NCBI GenBank assembly: GCA_938048735.1
Contig: CALIUM010000024.1
Location: 1,478-65,477, forward strand
Direction of reading: 5' to 3'
Length of the DNA stretch: 64,000 nt
DNA from: an uncultured archaeon
Lineage (GTDB): Archaea > Thermoproteota > Bathyarchaeia > TCS64
The position numbers and the translations under genes were made by a program. Shown here piece after piece: positions 52,640-63,465 of this stretch; the first letter of the stretch is position 1; every line of letters starts with the position of its first letter. Below the pieces are notes generated by a model, which ran no database searches, had not been told where the DNA came from, and saw only the letters and a list, made by a program, of their open reading frames with translations.

Positions 52640-55008
52640 GGAGGGTTAGGAGGACCCCCCTCCCCTTCCCATATCATCTCATAGATTTGAGGGGGGCGGA
52701 AGACGGGGAGCTGATCGAGATCGCTGCCCTTCTAGGCCTAGGATTGAGCCTTGAGGAGTTGAGGTCCATCAGAGACCATTACAATAGCCTTGGGAGGGAG
52801 GCCTCGGATGTGGAACTCCAGACATACGACCAGACATGGAGCGAGCACTGCTTTCATAAGACCTTCAAGGGCTTGATAGAGACCCCTGAAGGGTTGGTGG
52901 ACGGCCTCCTCAAGACCTACATAAAGAGGGTTGTGGAGGAGCTGAGGCCCGACTGGTGCCTGAGCGTGTTCGAGGATAACGCTGGAGTCATTGAGTTCGA
53001 TGAAGACCACGCGATAGCGGTGAAGGTTGAGACCCACAACCACCCATCCGCCATAGAGCCCTTCGGGGGGGCCGCAACTGGGATCGGGGGGGTAATAAGG
53101 GACATCCTAGGGGTCTGGGCCGACCCTATAGCCTGCACAGATGTCCTATGCTTCGGCCCCTTAGACTACAAGTACGAGCTTCTACCCCAAGGGATTAAGC
53201 ATCCATCATATCTCTTCAGGGGAGTCGTAAGTGGGATTGGATCCTACGGAAACAGCGTCGGCATCCCAACGGTCAATGGGGCGGTCTACTTCGATGAGGG
53301 ATATGTCGGGAATGTCGTGGTATACGCCGGTTGCCTAGGGCTCCTAAGGAAGGACCGCTATGCGAGGTGTGTGAGGGCCGGGGATTGGATAGTGGTGGCA
53401 GGGGGCAGGACGGGCCTAGACGGGATCCACGGGGTCACCTTCGCCTCGTCTGAGCTGACCTGGGAGTCTGAGATGGTCTCGAGGCCAGCGGTCCAGATAG
53501 GGAACCCCTTAGAGGAGGAGAAGCTAAAAAGGGCTATAAAGCTCATCGGGGAGGATGGGCTAGGGTCAGGGATCACAGATCTAGGCGGGGGAGGCCTGAG
53601 CTGCGCAGTATGCGAGACCGCATATAGATATGGATTGGGGGCTGAGGTCTGGCTTGATAGGGTGCCCCTTAAATATCCGAGCATGGCCCCATGGGAGATC
53701 TGGATCTCGGAGTCCCAGGAGAGGATGTGCCTAGCCATATCACCCCAGAACCTAGAGAAGGCATTAAGGATTTTCGAGGAGGAACAGGTGGAGGCAACAC
53801 CCATCGGCAGGTACAGTGAGGAGGGCTTGGTAAGGGTTTACTATGGAGGCCTCAAAGTAGCGGAGCTTGACCTCCGCCACCTCTTCAGCCCCCCCAGGAT
53901 TAGGCGCTCAACCTCATGGAGGCCCCCGAGCCTTGAGGATCCGATCTTCCCTGAGCCTCAGAACCTCGAGGCCATCCTGAAGAGGCTGCTCGCCTCCCCA
54001 AATATAGCCAGCAAGGAGGAGGTGATAAGGAGTTATGACCACGAGGTTAAAGGATGCACGGTGGTAAAGCCCCTTCATGGATGGAACGCGGGCCCGAGCG
54101 ATGCGGCGGTTCTGAAACCCCTTGGGGCATCCTGGAGGGGGATATCCATCTCCTCAGGGTTGAAACCCAGATATGGGAGGATAGACCCATACTGGATGGC
54201 GGCATCCTCCATAGATGAGGCTGTTAGGAACAACATCGCCGTCGGAGGGAGGAGAATAGCTCTATTGGATAACTTCACCTGGGGGAACCCTGAGAAGGAG
54301 GACCGCTTGGGCTCGCTTGTCCAAGCTTGCAGAGCCTGCTACGATGTCGCGAAGGCTTATGGAACACCCTTCGTCTCTGGTAAGGACAGCTTATATAACG
54401 AGTCCCCACTCGGTCCAGTCACCCCCACCCTCCTAGTTACCGCCGTGGGAATAGTTCCGGACATCAGAAGGGTTGTGACCATGGAGCTGAAGGAGGAAGG
54501 AGACCTGATCTACCTCCTAGGTCTGACTAGAAAGGAGGTGGGAGGCTCCGAGTACCTTAGGCTCATGGGCTACATAGGGGGCTCCGTCCCCAAGCTCAAC
54601 GCCAGCAGGACAGCTGAACTCTATAGGCGTGTGATATCCGCGATGGATCTCGGCCTTGTTAGATCCTGCCACGACCTCTCGGAGGGGGGTTTAGGCATAG
54701 CCGCGGCGGAAATGGCCTTCACAGGAGGCTTGGGACTAACGCTCAACCTAGAGGGGGTGCTCGTTGATGAGGAGATGCGGGATGACTTCAAGCTCTTCTC
54801 GGAGTCAAACGGCCGGTTGCTGGTCGAGGTTAAACCCGAGCATAGATCATCATTCGAGAAGCTGATGGAGGGCGTCGAGCTCTCCCTCGTGGGGATGGTC
54901 ACAGCCGAGGATAGATTCAGGGTTCTCGGGAGGAGGGGAACCATCCTAGACCTCTCACTCGGGGAGCTAATGGACGCGTGGAAGACACCATTAGGAGGGT
55001 CGAATTGA
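52636..55008 (+). CDS. purL: FGAM synthase II (PurL)
   Basis: 790 aa with tandem AIR-synthase-like domains. Start is TTG overlapping the purS stop. Confidence 0.9.
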   Translation: MRRVRRTPLPFPYHLIDLRGAEDGELIEIAALLGLGLSLEELRSIRDHYNSLGREASDVELQTYDQTWSEHCFHKTFKGLIETPEGLVDGLLKTYIKRVVEELRPDWCLSVFEDNAGVIEFDEDHAIAVKVETHNHPSAIEPFGGAATGIGGVIRDILGVWADPIACTDVLCFGPLDYKYELLPQGIKHPSYLFRGVVSGIGSYGNSVGIPTVNGAVYFDEGYVGNVVVYAGCLGLLRKDRYARCVRAGDWIVVAGGRTGLDGIHGVTFASSELTWESEMVSRPAVQIGNPLEEEKLKRAIKLIGEDGLGSGITDLGGGGLSCAVCETAYRYGLGAEVWLDRVPLKYPSMAPWEIWISESQERMCLAISPQNLEKALRIFEEEQVEATPIGRYSEEGLVRVYYGGLKVAELDLRHLFSPPRIRRSTSWRPPSLEDPIFPEPQNLEAILKRLLASPNIASKEEVIRSYDHEVKGCTVVKPLHGWNAGPSDAAVLKPLGASWRGISISSGLKPRYGRIDPYWMAASSIDEAVRNNIAVGGRRIALLDNFTWGNPEKEDRLGSLVQACRACYDVAKAYGTPFVSGKDSLYNESPLGPVTPTLLVTAVGIVPDIRRVVTMELKEEGDLIYLLGLTRKEVGGSEYLRLMGYIGGSVPKLNASRTAELYRRVISAMDLGLVRSCHDLSEGGLGIAAAEMAFTGGLGLTLNLEGVLVDEEMRDDFKLFSESNGRLLVEVKPEHRSSFEKLMEGVELSLVGMVTAEDRFRVLGRRGTILDLSLGELMDAWKTPLGGSN

Positions 55009-55820
55009 ACCGATCGGAGATCAGGGTCCTGATCCCGAGGGCTCCAGGAACGAACTGCGACTCCGAGACGGCGATGGCCTTCCTTGACCTCGGGGTGAAG
55101 GTCGAGGTTGTCCACACCCAGAGGCTCTTCAGGGAGAGGAACCTAATGGACTATGACATCATAGTCTTCCCAGGGGGCTTCAGCTACGGCGACTATGTGA
55201 GGAGCGGGGCCATCTGGGCCAAGGAGTGTGAGTATAGGATAGGTCGGGAGCTGGAGGAGTTCATCCGAGAGGGGCGCCCCGTCCTTGGGATCTGCAACGG
55301 CTTCCAGCTCCTGGTAGAGGCGGGATTCCTCCCAGGGTTCGAGGGTAGATCTATCTATCCCCAAGCCGCACTAGCAAACAATCCGAATGGCTTCCAGTGC
55401 AGGTGGGTGAGGATCAAACATGTGAACAGTGGGAACTGCCCCCTAACTAGGGAGATCCCACCAGATGCTGTCCTTGAGATGCCCGTAGCCCACGGAGAAG
55501 GCAGATTCCTATTCCCGAGAGATAGGGAGGATGAGTACCTGAGGAGGCTCTACGAACAGGATCAACTCGTCTTCAGGTATGCAAAGCCTGATGGAACCTT
55601 CGCCGATGGGGAGGATCCCTATAACCCGGATGGAGCCCTCCACGATATAGCTGGAATATGCAACCCTGAAGGCAACGTCCTAGGTCTTATGCCCCACCCA
55701 GAGAGGGCCTACTACGGCTGGCAGCTCCCCGGATGGACCAAGAGGGGAACTCCACCGGAATATGGAGATGGCAGACTCCTCCTAGAGTCGATAGTCAGGT
55801 ATGTGGAGAGGAGGCTCTAG
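54978..55820 (+). CDS. purQ: FGAM synthase I glutaminase (PurQ)
   Basis: [13 protein letters not shown], catalytic Cys (GICNGFQ) and HPE. The start may be TTG at 55005. Confidence 0.9.
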   Translation: MEDTIRRVELNRSEIRVLIPRAPGTNCDSETAMAFLDLGVKVEVVHTQRLFRERNLMDYDIIVFPGGFSYGDYVRSGAIWAKECEYRIGRELEEFIREGRPVLGICNGFQLLVEAGFLPGFEGRSIYPQAALANNPNGFQCRWVRIKHVNSGNCPLTREIPPDAVLEMPVAHGEGRFLFPRDREDEYLRRLYEQDQLVFRYAKPDGTFADGEDPYNPDGALHDIAGICNPEGNVLGLMPHPERAYYGWQLPGWTKRGTPPEYGDGRLLLESIVRYVERRL

Positions 55821-56253
55821 AGCCACCCGCCAATCTACGCTCCTCAAGCCTCTCTTTGAGCCCCTCATACTTTAGGGCTAGGATCTCCACGGCCAAGATG
55901 GCCGCATTCCTCGCGGAGTCTATACCCACACAGGCCACGGGAACACCGGTGGGCATCTGCACGATGGAGAGGAGGGAGTCCAGGCCTCCGAGCTTTACCT
56001 CCCTAGGAACCCCGATAACAGGTTTAATGGTTCTAGATGCTATGAAGCCCGGAAGGGCCGCTGAGAGTCCGGCGATCGCGATGTAAACATCACAGCCGCA
56101 TCTCTCAATATACTCCTCGAGGTCTTTTGGATTCCTATGAGCCGATAGGACCTTTAACTCGCACTCGACCCCGAACTCCCTGAGAACACCCTCAGCCTGT
56201 TCACCCAACGCCCTATCAGACTCGCTCCCCATAATTATCGAGACTTGGACCAT
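55795..56253 (-). CDS. purE: N5-CAIR mutase
   Basis: [10 protein letters not shown]...SAHR motif. Confidence 0.9.
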   Translation of the reverse strand: MVQVSIIMGSESDRALGEQAEGVLREFGVECELKVLSAHRNPKDLEEYIERCGCDVYIAIAGLSAALPGFIASRTIKPVIGVPREVKLGGLDSLLSIVQMPTGVPVACVGIDSARNAAILAVEILALKYEGLKERLEERRLAGGSRASSPHT

Positions 56254-56429
56254 GAGGATCTAACCGAAAAATGGAATAAAAATATAAAGATATATAAAAA
56301 CATCCCCCTTTACGTAATTTTGCGAGAAAGCCTAGATTTTAACTATGGTTTAAATCAATTAATAGGATCTAGACTAGAACTGGGTGATCGCGGGGTGATC
56401 GCGGACCCCGAGGGTTGACCCAAACCCCC

Positions 56430-57029
56430 TCATTCAACTGTTGCGTGCTTTTTCCTAAGATCCAGCTCGCTCACGCCAAGCCTTCTCATCAGCTCGGCTA
56501 TCACACAGTCAAGGAAGACCATTGCAGAGAGCTCGAACATCGTTCCCAGGGGTGTGGGGTCATATTTTCCGATGATCTGCCTCCTCTCATAGTCCGGCTC
56601 GACATCTATCTTACTTCTACCCTTAACAATGACAAGGCTATCGGCGACCTTGGCCAGGGGGGAGTCAGCATGGGAGGTTATGGCGATGACCTTTGCGCCT
56701 ATCTCCTTCGCTACCTCGGCCTGAGTGACGACCGTCCTCGTGACACCAGATCCAGATATTGCTATGACGAGGTCTTCGGGGCTCAGGGCCGGAGTGATGG
56801 TCTCGCCGCTCACATAGATGTTGAATCCTAGGTGCATCAACCTCAGGGCGAAGGCCTTCCCAACAAATCCGCTCCTACCCGACCCCAAGAGGAGGATCTT
56901 CCTGTCCCTCGACTCTATGATCCTTTGGACCATCTCTTCTATTTCCCTCTCATCGATCTGGTCAATGATCTCCTTGATGCTGGATAGGACAACGCCGGAG
57001 ATCTCCTTCACATACCCCAAATCTCTCAT
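56430..57029 (-). CDS. SIS-domain 6-phospho-3-hexuloisomerase-like protein
   Basis: SIS fold GSGRSG and ISGSGVT. Confidence 0.7.
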   Translation of the reverse strand: MRDLGYVKEISGVVLSSIKEIIDQIDEREIEEMVQRIIESRDRKILLLGSGRSGFVGKAFALRLMHLGFNIYVSGETITPALSPEDLVIAISGSGVTRTVVTQAEVAKEIGAKVIAITSHADSPLAKVADSLVIVKGRSKIDVEPDYERRQIIGKYDPTPLGTMFELSAMVFLDCVIAELMRRLGVSELDLRKKHATVE

Positions 57030-57214
57030 GAATGTTTGATCGTAGACCCTTTATCTCCCTTTCTGATCGCCCTCCGGAATCGGAGGGCCTCATAAATATG
57101 GTATATATTTTTATAACAAAATCTATATAAACCCCTTGAAGGAAAAGATCAACTCGAATTTCTCCCTTCGAAAAGTGTGGCGGAAAGACTCTTGAGGAAT
57201 TTATTTAATTGCAC

Positions 57215-58255
57215 CTATGAGGCGGCTCTGCAGATATCCGTCTCCCCCTTTAGGATGTTATCAATAGCTATCTCGGCGACTGCGGCGCTATGCTCGGCTA
57301 TAATCCTCAGCTCCCAGAGTATCGAGCTGAAGAAGACTGCGGCCTCGGTATCCAGCTTTCCCTGAAACTCCTTAAGAAGGCTCCTCTCCTCCCTCTCCAT
57401 GATCTCCTTCAGGTCTATCGCGTCGCTCGCTATCTTCAGATTTCCATTGAATAAGCTGTTAACCGCCTTATCGAACATCGTAAACGTCATCAATCCAAGC
57501 TGGGAGAGCCTATCAAGCAGCTCGTTGTCTCTTCCCTCTCTCAGGGGATAGAAGTTTATTATGTTGTTTGCAATGTTCTGGATTCTATCCCCGATCATCT
57601 CCAGGAACCAGGCTATCAAGTTTGTGTATATTATCTGCATTGGATCCTTTATGCCTAGATCCTCTGCAACAACGGCGGACTGCTGGGCTGAGGCTAGAAG
57701 CCTTGCTAGGAGCCAGTAGATCATGTCGGCCTCATGCTCTCTGGTTATCGCATCCTTGGAGAGCTCCACATCACCATCTGCTAGGCTGTCCACAACCTCC
57801 TTGAACATGGTGGAGGTTAGGACGTAGAGCCTCCTGAGAACCGTCTGTGGTGAGAAGTCCTTAGGGTCTATGGAACTCTGGAGGAGCAGATGCTGATCGC
57901 TCTCCTCGATTATACCTATCCCGAGTAGTCGTTGGGTCACCTCCCTTATGCTCTCTATCTGCTCCCTCATCAATCGCTTGGATGACTGGACCCTGATCAT
58001 GCCCCTCCCGAGGATGTAGTTTGCTACAATGACCCTGGCCAGGATCTTTGAGTTCTCACATGCGTCTACATCCACTACATAGAGTCCTCCTTCTCCCCCC
58101 TTCGAAGGCTTGACGGTCAGCCTTAGGGTCCCGTTCTTCTCCTCAGAGAGGAAGACTATATCCCCCTTCTTGATGCCCATCCTTTTCGCCCAGTTCATGG
58201 GGAGGGATACCGAGAGAGTTGAGTATCCCACCTTCTGGACCTTACGCGGCTCCAA
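57215..58255 (-). CDS. PhoU-domain phosphate-uptake-regulator-like protein with N-terminal AbrB/SpoVT-type DNA-binding domain
   Basis: N-terminus KVGYSTLSVSLPMNWAKRMGIKKGDIV (swapped-hairpin) plus two PhoU repeats. Confidence 0.7.
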   Translation of the reverse strand: MEPRKVQKVGYSTLSVSLPMNWAKRMGIKKGDIVFLSEEKNGTLRLTVKPSKGGEGGLYVVDVDACENSKILARVIVANYILGRGMIRVQSSKRLMREQIESIREVTQRLLGIGIIEESDQHLLLQSSIDPKDFSPQTVLRRLYVLTSTMFKEVVDSLADGDVELSKDAITREHEADMIYWLLARLLASAQQSAVVAEDLGIKDPMQIIYTNLIAWFLEMIGDRIQNIANNIINFYPLREGRDNELLDRLSQLGLMTFTMFDKAVNSLFNGNLKIASDAIDLKEIMEREERSLLKEFQGKLDTEAAVFFSSILWELRIIAEHSAAVAEIAIDNILKGETDICRAAS

Positions 58256-58379
58256 GCCTCTTCACCATTATTATATATATTTTATCCTGAAAGATAAAAT
58301 CATAATTATATAAACTTTACTCTCGGGGTCTCGGTTCGGCCCGGTTGCTTAGGGCTTGTGACCGATAAGATCGGTTTCC

Positions 58380-59174
58380 CTATAAAATCCTTGTGGGGGG
58401 AAGAACCGTCCCGGTTGAGAATCCTGAGAGCTTAAGGTACATCGATGCGCAGAGGAGGATGGCGGAGATGATGAGGACGATGTAGTCTCCCCCCTTCATC
58501 CTAAGCTCGTAGAGGTTTGTCCTCCTCTTCGATGCCCCGAAGCCCCTTGACTCCATCGCCTCGGCGAGCTCCAGGCTTCTCCTTATGGAGTTCACGATGA
58601 GGGGGAGGAGGACCGGGATGTAGTTCCTCAATCTGGCCAGGAAGCTCCCCCTCTCGACCTCCAGCCCTCTGGCCCTCTGTGCGTCGAGGATGGACTGGGC
58701 CTCCTCGGCTAGCACCGGGACGAACCTTATGGCTGTGATGAATGCGAAGTTGAACTCGTATGGAACTCGGGCCTTCTCTAGGGCTAGGCTGAGCTCGTCT
58801 GGAGAGGTTGTTAGGAAGAAGATGGAGAAGGAGGTCATGAGGGAGAGGAAGCGCAGGGATAGGGATAGGGACAACTCGATCATCTCGGTGGTCAAAATGT
58901 GTCCTTGGAAGAAGTAGAAGGAGATTAGGTTCGAGGCGAATATTATTAAGGCCAGCAAGGCTCCCCCCCTCAAAGTTCTAATCCACTCCCTCGCCACCCT
59001 TCCCAAGAGGAGGATGGGGACCTGCAATAGGAATATGGCCATGAGGGGGGGCAGCTCATAGAAGAGTATAGAGGCGGAGAATAGGGTCATAACCATTATG
59101 AACTTCGCCCTTGGGTCGATCCTATGGATGGGTGAGGCCCCCATCCTGAACCTGAGCCCATCTAATAGGCTCAT
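58380..59174 (-). CDS. ecfT: ECF transporter transmembrane T component
   Basis: CbiQ/EcfT family with the conserved ARG coupling motif region (LDAQRARG). Confidence 0.8.
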   Translation of the reverse strand: MSLLDGLRFRMGASPIHRIDPRAKFIMVMTLFSASILFYELPPLMAIFLLQVPILLLGRVAREWIRTLRGGALLALIIFASNLISFYFFQGHILTTEMIELSLSLSLRFLSLMTSFSIFFLTTSPDELSLALEKARVPYEFNFAFITAIRFVPVLAEEAQSILDAQRARGLEVERGSFLARLRNYIPVLLPLIVNSIRRSLELAEAMESRGFGASKRRTNLYELRMKGGDYIVLIISAILLCASMYLKLSGFSTGTVLPPTRIL

Positions 59175-60904
59175 TCTCCTGCCCCCTTTAGGAAGATGGT
59201 GAGGATCTCCGCTGCCTCCTCCACGTCGAACACATCGGGAGGAAGCCCGTAATCTGAGAGGCCTCTGAAGGCCTTCGCCACCTCTGGGGGGGTGATGGAC
59301 GCCCTTCTCAGGGTTTCGGCATCGGCCATTATCCTCTCCATGGGCCCGTCGGCTATGATCCTTCCCCCGGCCATCAGTATCACCCTAGGGCGGTTCTCGG
59401 CCACGAACTCTACGTCGTGGGTAACCGTTATTATGGTCTTCCCCCTGGTCCTCAGCTGCATCAGGAAGTGTCTGAGCCTCTCCTTCTGGGCGTAGTCCTG
59501 CCCTATGGTCGGCTCGTCGAGGACTACAACCTCCGGATCCCATGCCAGGACGGAGGCGAGGGCCACCCTCTTCCTCTCCCCGCCGCTCAGGGTGAAGGGG
59601 CTGGATTTCCTGTACCTCTCTATGTCTAGAAGGTTGAGGGCCCACTCCACGCGCTTCTCTATGACCTCATCCTCGAACCCGAAGTTCCTAAGCCCGAACT
59701 TTATCTCCTCCTCGACGCTCTCGGCGAAGAGCTGGTCGTCCGGGTTTTGGAATACCAACCCGACCTTTCTGGCTAGGGCTGCTACGCTTGTCTTCGAGGT
59801 GTCCAATCCATCAACTAGTACCCTCCCCCTCTGCGGCTTCAGGAGCCCGTTGAAGTGCTTGACCAGAGTCGTCTTCCCAGCCCCGTTCTCTCCCATGATG
59901 GCTATGAACTCCCCCCTGTTTATTGTGAGGGATACTCCATCTATCGCATGCATTCCGTTAGGGTAGGTATAGTGGATCTCCTCCACCTCAATTATTGGTG
60001 TGCCGCTTACAAATTCCGGCTCCCTTCTCCTCAGCCTCCTGATCTCTGGGGGCCCTTGGAGGGTCGAGAGGGTTTTTCCGATTCTGGATACGAATTCCTC
60101 GGCGCTAACGGGAAGGCCGCCTATCTTCAGCCCCCTTCTTGCTAGCCTCTTGCTCAGCTCTATAATCCTCGGCGTTCCGACCCCAGCTAGTCTTGATTCC
60201 TCCGCTCCGAATACCTCCTCCGGAGGGCCGTTGGCTATCACTCTGCCGTCGTCGAAGACGATGATCCTATCTGCGTATCTGACGGCGAGGTCGACCCTGT
60301 GCTCTATAAGGATGATGGTTATCTCGAACTCCCTCCTGAGCCTCTCCAGGACCTCGAATATCCTCTCAGCACCTAAGGGATCCAGGAATGATGTGGGCTC
60401 GTCTAGGACGATTATATCGGGCCTCATCGCGAGGACGGATGCGATGGCGAGCCTCTGCTTCTGCCCCCCTGAGAGTTCGTTGGTCCCCTTATATCTCAGC
60501 TCGGTTATCCCGGTAACCTTTAGGGCCCATTCAACCGCTTCTATTATCTCCTCCCTCCCCAGGCCTAGGTTCTCGGGGCCGAAGGCCACCTCCTTCTCCA
60601 CTGTTAGGGCGAATATCTGGTTATCGGGGTTCTGGAAGACAAGCCCCACGTGCCTGGCGAGCTCGGCTATCGGGTGCTCCTTCGTGGAGAGGCCCGAGAC
60701 CTTTACATCCCCCCTCATCTCCCCATCATAGAAGTGGGGTATCAAACCGTTTAGGCATCTGCAGAATGTCGTCTTTCCACAGCCGCTCGGCCCTGTGAGG
60801 AGGACGAACTCCCCTCGCTCTATCCCGATGTTCAGGCCTTTGAGGGATGGAGTGCTGGCGTTTGGATAGATATACCAGAGATCCCTGACCTCTATGATTC
60901 CCAA
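59171..60904 (-). CDS. ecfA: ECF transporter fused duplicated ATPase (EcfA1-EcfA2)
   Basis: 577 aa with two Walker A (GPSGCGKTT, GENGAGKTT), two signature LSGGQ/LSGGE and two Walker B motifs. Confidence 0.85.
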   Translation of the reverse strand: MGIIEVRDLWYIYPNASTPSLKGLNIGIERGEFVLLTGPSGCGKTTFCRCLNGLIPHFYDGEMRGDVKVSGLSTKEHPIAELARHVGLVFQNPDNQIFALTVEKEVAFGPENLGLGREEIIEAVEWALKVTGITELRYKGTNELSGGQKQRLAIASVLAMRPDIIVLDEPTSFLDPLGAERIFEVLERLRREFEITIILIEHRVDLAVRYADRIIVFDDGRVIANGPPEEVFGAEESRLAGVGTPRIIELSKRLARRGLKIGGLPVSAEEFVSRIGKTLSTLQGPPEIRRLRRREPEFVSGTPIIEVEEIHYTYPNGMHAIDGVSLTINRGEFIAIMGENGAGKTTLVKHFNGLLKPQRGRVLVDGLDTSKTSVAALARKVGLVFQNPDDQLFAESVEEEIKFGLRNFGFEDEVIEKRVEWALNLLDIERYRKSSPFTLSGGERKRVALASVLAWDPEVVVLDEPTIGQDYAQKERLRHFLMQLRTRGKTIITVTHDVEFVAENRPRVILMAGGRIIADGPMERIMADAETLRRASITPPEVAKAFRGLSDYGLPPDVFDVEEAAEILTIFLKGAGE

Positions 60905-60986
60905 GGGCCCTCCCTCAATAAGAATAGATCAGATTAAAAAGGGTTCTAGAGGAAGAGTTGAGCAGCTTCTACGTTGAGCCTTGATC

Positions 60987-61979
60987 TTAAATGCCCACTA
61001 TCCTGGTCGAGATGAGTTCGAGGGCCCTCTTCAAGATTTCCTCGGCCTCCCCCTTAGATTTGACCCCGGCGGAGGTTGGGTGGCCTCCCCCGACCCCGCC
61101 GAACTCCTCCCCCAGGGGGATCGCCACATCCCTTCCCAGGTGGATCATGGTCTCCCTATTGAACCTCTTGGTTGAGCGTAGGCTCATCTTCATGTCCCCC
61201 CTTTTCCCCCCCGCGACCATGGCGATATCGGCTCCCAGCTCAATGAGGGCTCTAGATGCGGATGCGTGGAAGGAGCCGACTTGGGAGGTGACTATTATCC
61301 AGCCCCCAACCTTGTGGAGTTCCATCCTCATCGCGGCTTTGAGGCGGGCTATCCTCTCCGAGCGGTTCATCTCGTAGGCCAGTAATGCCGTGACATCAGG
61401 CAGGGCATCCTCTATCTCCAAGAGCTCTGAGACGGCTCTGAAGGTCCTCGAGTTCCCGATGAGGAAGTGCCTGGAGTCGTAGGCTATTCCTATCAGGAGT
61501 GCCCTGGCAACCTTTGTTGAGGGCGTTATCCCTAGACCCCTATATATCCAGTAGACTATCTCGCACGTCGAGGTCGAACTCTCATCTATGATGGAGATAG
61601 ATGCAAGCCTCATGGTCTCCGGCCTTGGTGTGTGATGGTCTATAATAACCGTGGGCTTGCCTGAGGAAGCTATCTTCTCACCCCACTCCTCAAGCTGTAA
61701 TGGGGAGGAGGTATCCAGAACTATTAGGGCCTCAGCCTCATCTATGGAGGCCTTATCGACCGTCTGGATCCCTAGAGCCTTGATGACCTGCTTCGAGATC
61801 CCGCTAGCCCCCCCGGTCAGGATGATGGAGGCTTCAACCGAGCCTAGGGCCTCAGCGAGGCTCTTCACAGCATAAGCGGAGCATACCGCATCGGGATCTG
61901 CGCTGTGGTGGCAGAAGATCATGACCCTCTTCATTAGAAGTTCCCTGAGCACCTCAAGCTCTATTGCCATAAGCCCCAT
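60987..61979 (-). CDS. DHH-family phosphoesterase (NrnA-like)
   Basis: CHHSADPDAV, DTS...DHH motifs. Confidence 0.75.
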   Translation of the reverse strand: MGLMAIELEVLRELLMKRVMIFCHHSADPDAVCSAYAVKSLAEALGSVEASIILTGGASGISKQVIKALGIQTVDKASIDEAEALIVLDTSSPLQLEEWGEKIASSGKPTVIIDHHTPRPETMRLASISIIDESSTSTCEIVYWIYRGLGITPSTKVARALLIGIAYDSRHFLIGNSRTFRAVSELLEIEDALPDVTALLAYEMNRSERIARLKAAMRMELHKVGGWIIVTSQVGSFHASASRALIELGADIAMVAGGKRGDMKMSLRSTKRFNRETMIHLGRDVAIPLGEEFGGVGGGHPTSAGVKSKGEAEEILKRALELISTRIVGI

Positions 61980-62042
61980 TTTGGGGGAGGGATGGTCGGA
62001 TAAAAGGAAAGCTATTTTTAGGCATCTCTTGATAGTATATTC

Positions 62043-62783
62043 ATGCCCAAAGAGATGATTGATGACGTAGAGGTCGTTGAAACCCTACCCTTTGAGAAGG
62101 GAAAATACACGGTTTTCCTTGGATTCGCCGGATTCGGCATGATCGGCAGCACAGCGGCGATGTACATCGTCAGGAGCAGGGGGTTTCTCGAGAGGGGTTA
62201 TGTCAGGTCTAGGCTGATCTCCCCGATGATGATCCTCATAGATGGTCGTCCTAGGCCCCCCTTCAGGATCTATGGGGGGGATGAGGGGCTTATCTTCATC
62301 GTTAGCGAGGCCCTCTTTACGACTGAGAGCTCGTGGCCCCTCGGCTTCGGGGTGATGGAGTGGCTCTCAAAGAAGGGATTGAAGGAGATCATATCCATGG
62401 AGGGGGTTCTCTCGGGGGCGAGGGAGAGGGTCATAATGGGCTTCAGCACTGGGGACCTCTCCCGACTGGATGTCAGGCCAGCTCAGGAGGGTATGATCTC
62501 GGGCATCAACGCCTGTTTCCTAGATGAGGCCCTGAGGAGGGGTATCCCATGGACAACCCTCTTCGTCCCAACCCAATTTATGTCATCGGTCGATTATGGC
62601 GCGGTGGCCGACCTCATAGAGGTGCTGAACGGGGTCTTCAACCTGAGGGTGGATGTGGCCCCCCTAAGGAGGAGGGACGAGGAGCTGAGGAGGATGGCGG
62701 AGAGGATGACCAAGGAGAGGGGTAGGATTCCCTCGATCTTCAGTTGGAGGCGTTCCCCTCCAAGCCAGGCTGAGGGGGCTTGA
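62043..62783 (+). CDS. PAC2-family (proteasome assembly chaperone-like) protein, tentative
   Basis: 246 aa. Recalled resemblance to archaeal PbaA/PbaB-type proteins only. Confidence 0.35.
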   Translation: MPKEMIDDVEVVETLPFEKGKYTVFLGFAGFGMIGSTAAMYIVRSRGFLERGYVRSRLISPMMILIDGRPRPPFRIYGGDEGLIFIVSEALFTTESSWPLGFGVMEWLSKKGLKEIISMEGVLSGARERVIMGFSTGDLSRLDVRPAQEGMISGINACFLDEALRRGIPWTTLFVPTQFMSSVDYGAVADLIEVLNGVFNLRVDVAPLRRRDEELRRMAERMTKERGRIPSIFSWRRSPPSQAEGA

Positions 62784-63141
62784 GGCCCAGATCCCTCTGG
62801 AGGGCCTCTTGGAGGCTGGCAAGCCTCTCCCTCGCCTTGTTCTCCTGCTTCTCCAAGGCCTTAGACCTTATCTCTAGGAGCTCCTTCCTCTCTGTCAGAT
62901 CCCTAACCACCTCATCCTTAGGCATCTCGACTAGGATAGAGCCGACGGACTTGAAGATCCTGGAACCCTCGAGAACCTTCTCGAGGGTCTTGAGAGCCCT
63001 CTCCGTCTCATTTAGCTCTATGTCGACCCTCTGCCTCTGGAGCACAAGGGACTGGAGCATGCTCTGAAGTTGCTGGAGGCGGGCTATCCTCTCCTGAACC
63101 TCGGGCGGAAGCTGCTCCATCTCAGCCATATCCATTCCCAC
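62740..63141 (-). CDS. pfdB: Prefoldin beta subunit
   Basis: Coiled-coil / beta-hairpin / coiled-coil (KSVGSILVEMPKDE). Last gene of the exosome-superoperon tail. Confidence 0.8.
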   Translation of the reverse strand: MGMDMAEMEQLPPEVQERIARLQQLQSMLQSLVLQRQRVDIELNETERALKTLEKVLEGSRIFKSVGSILVEMPKDEVVRDLTERKELLEIRSKALEKQENKARERLASLQEALQRDLGLKPPQPGLEGNASN

Positions 63142-63412
63142 CTATAAGGGCTCCCCCACATTTAAACCTCTTTTCCCTTGATGCGCTCTCCTACTCAGCC
63201 TCTTGACGATTTCCATGATCCCCTCTATCCAGTGGAGGTAGCTGTTCGTCGCAGCCCTTAGGGCAGCCGTGTCTGAGGCTTCGACCTCGACGAGTAGCCC
63301 CCCGGTTAATGGTTTTAGGTTGACCCTGGAGCGGTTCGAGGAGGGGGTCTCGGCCTCCGGTGTTAGAGCTCCTATTATGATCTTCGTTAGATCCGGGGGG
63401 ATCTCAATCCAT
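63142..63412 (-). CDS. pcc1: KEOPS subunit Pcc1 homolog with an anomalous start (ATG-GAT-TGA, then ~85 in-frame codons with no canonical start)
   Basis: Hand translation gives ...KIIIGALTPEAETPSSNRSRVNLKPLTGGLLVEVEASDTAALRAATNSYLHWIEGIMEIVKRLSRRAHQGKRGLNVGEPL*. The SDTAALRAxxNSYLxWI segment is the conserved Pcc1 helix. Its stop abuts the pfdB start. Missed by the ORF track. Confidence 0.5.
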
Positions 63413-63465
63413 ATCCTAGCTGAGGCTCCCTCGATGCTCTCCCCTCCAAGCCTCTATTTTGTAGG

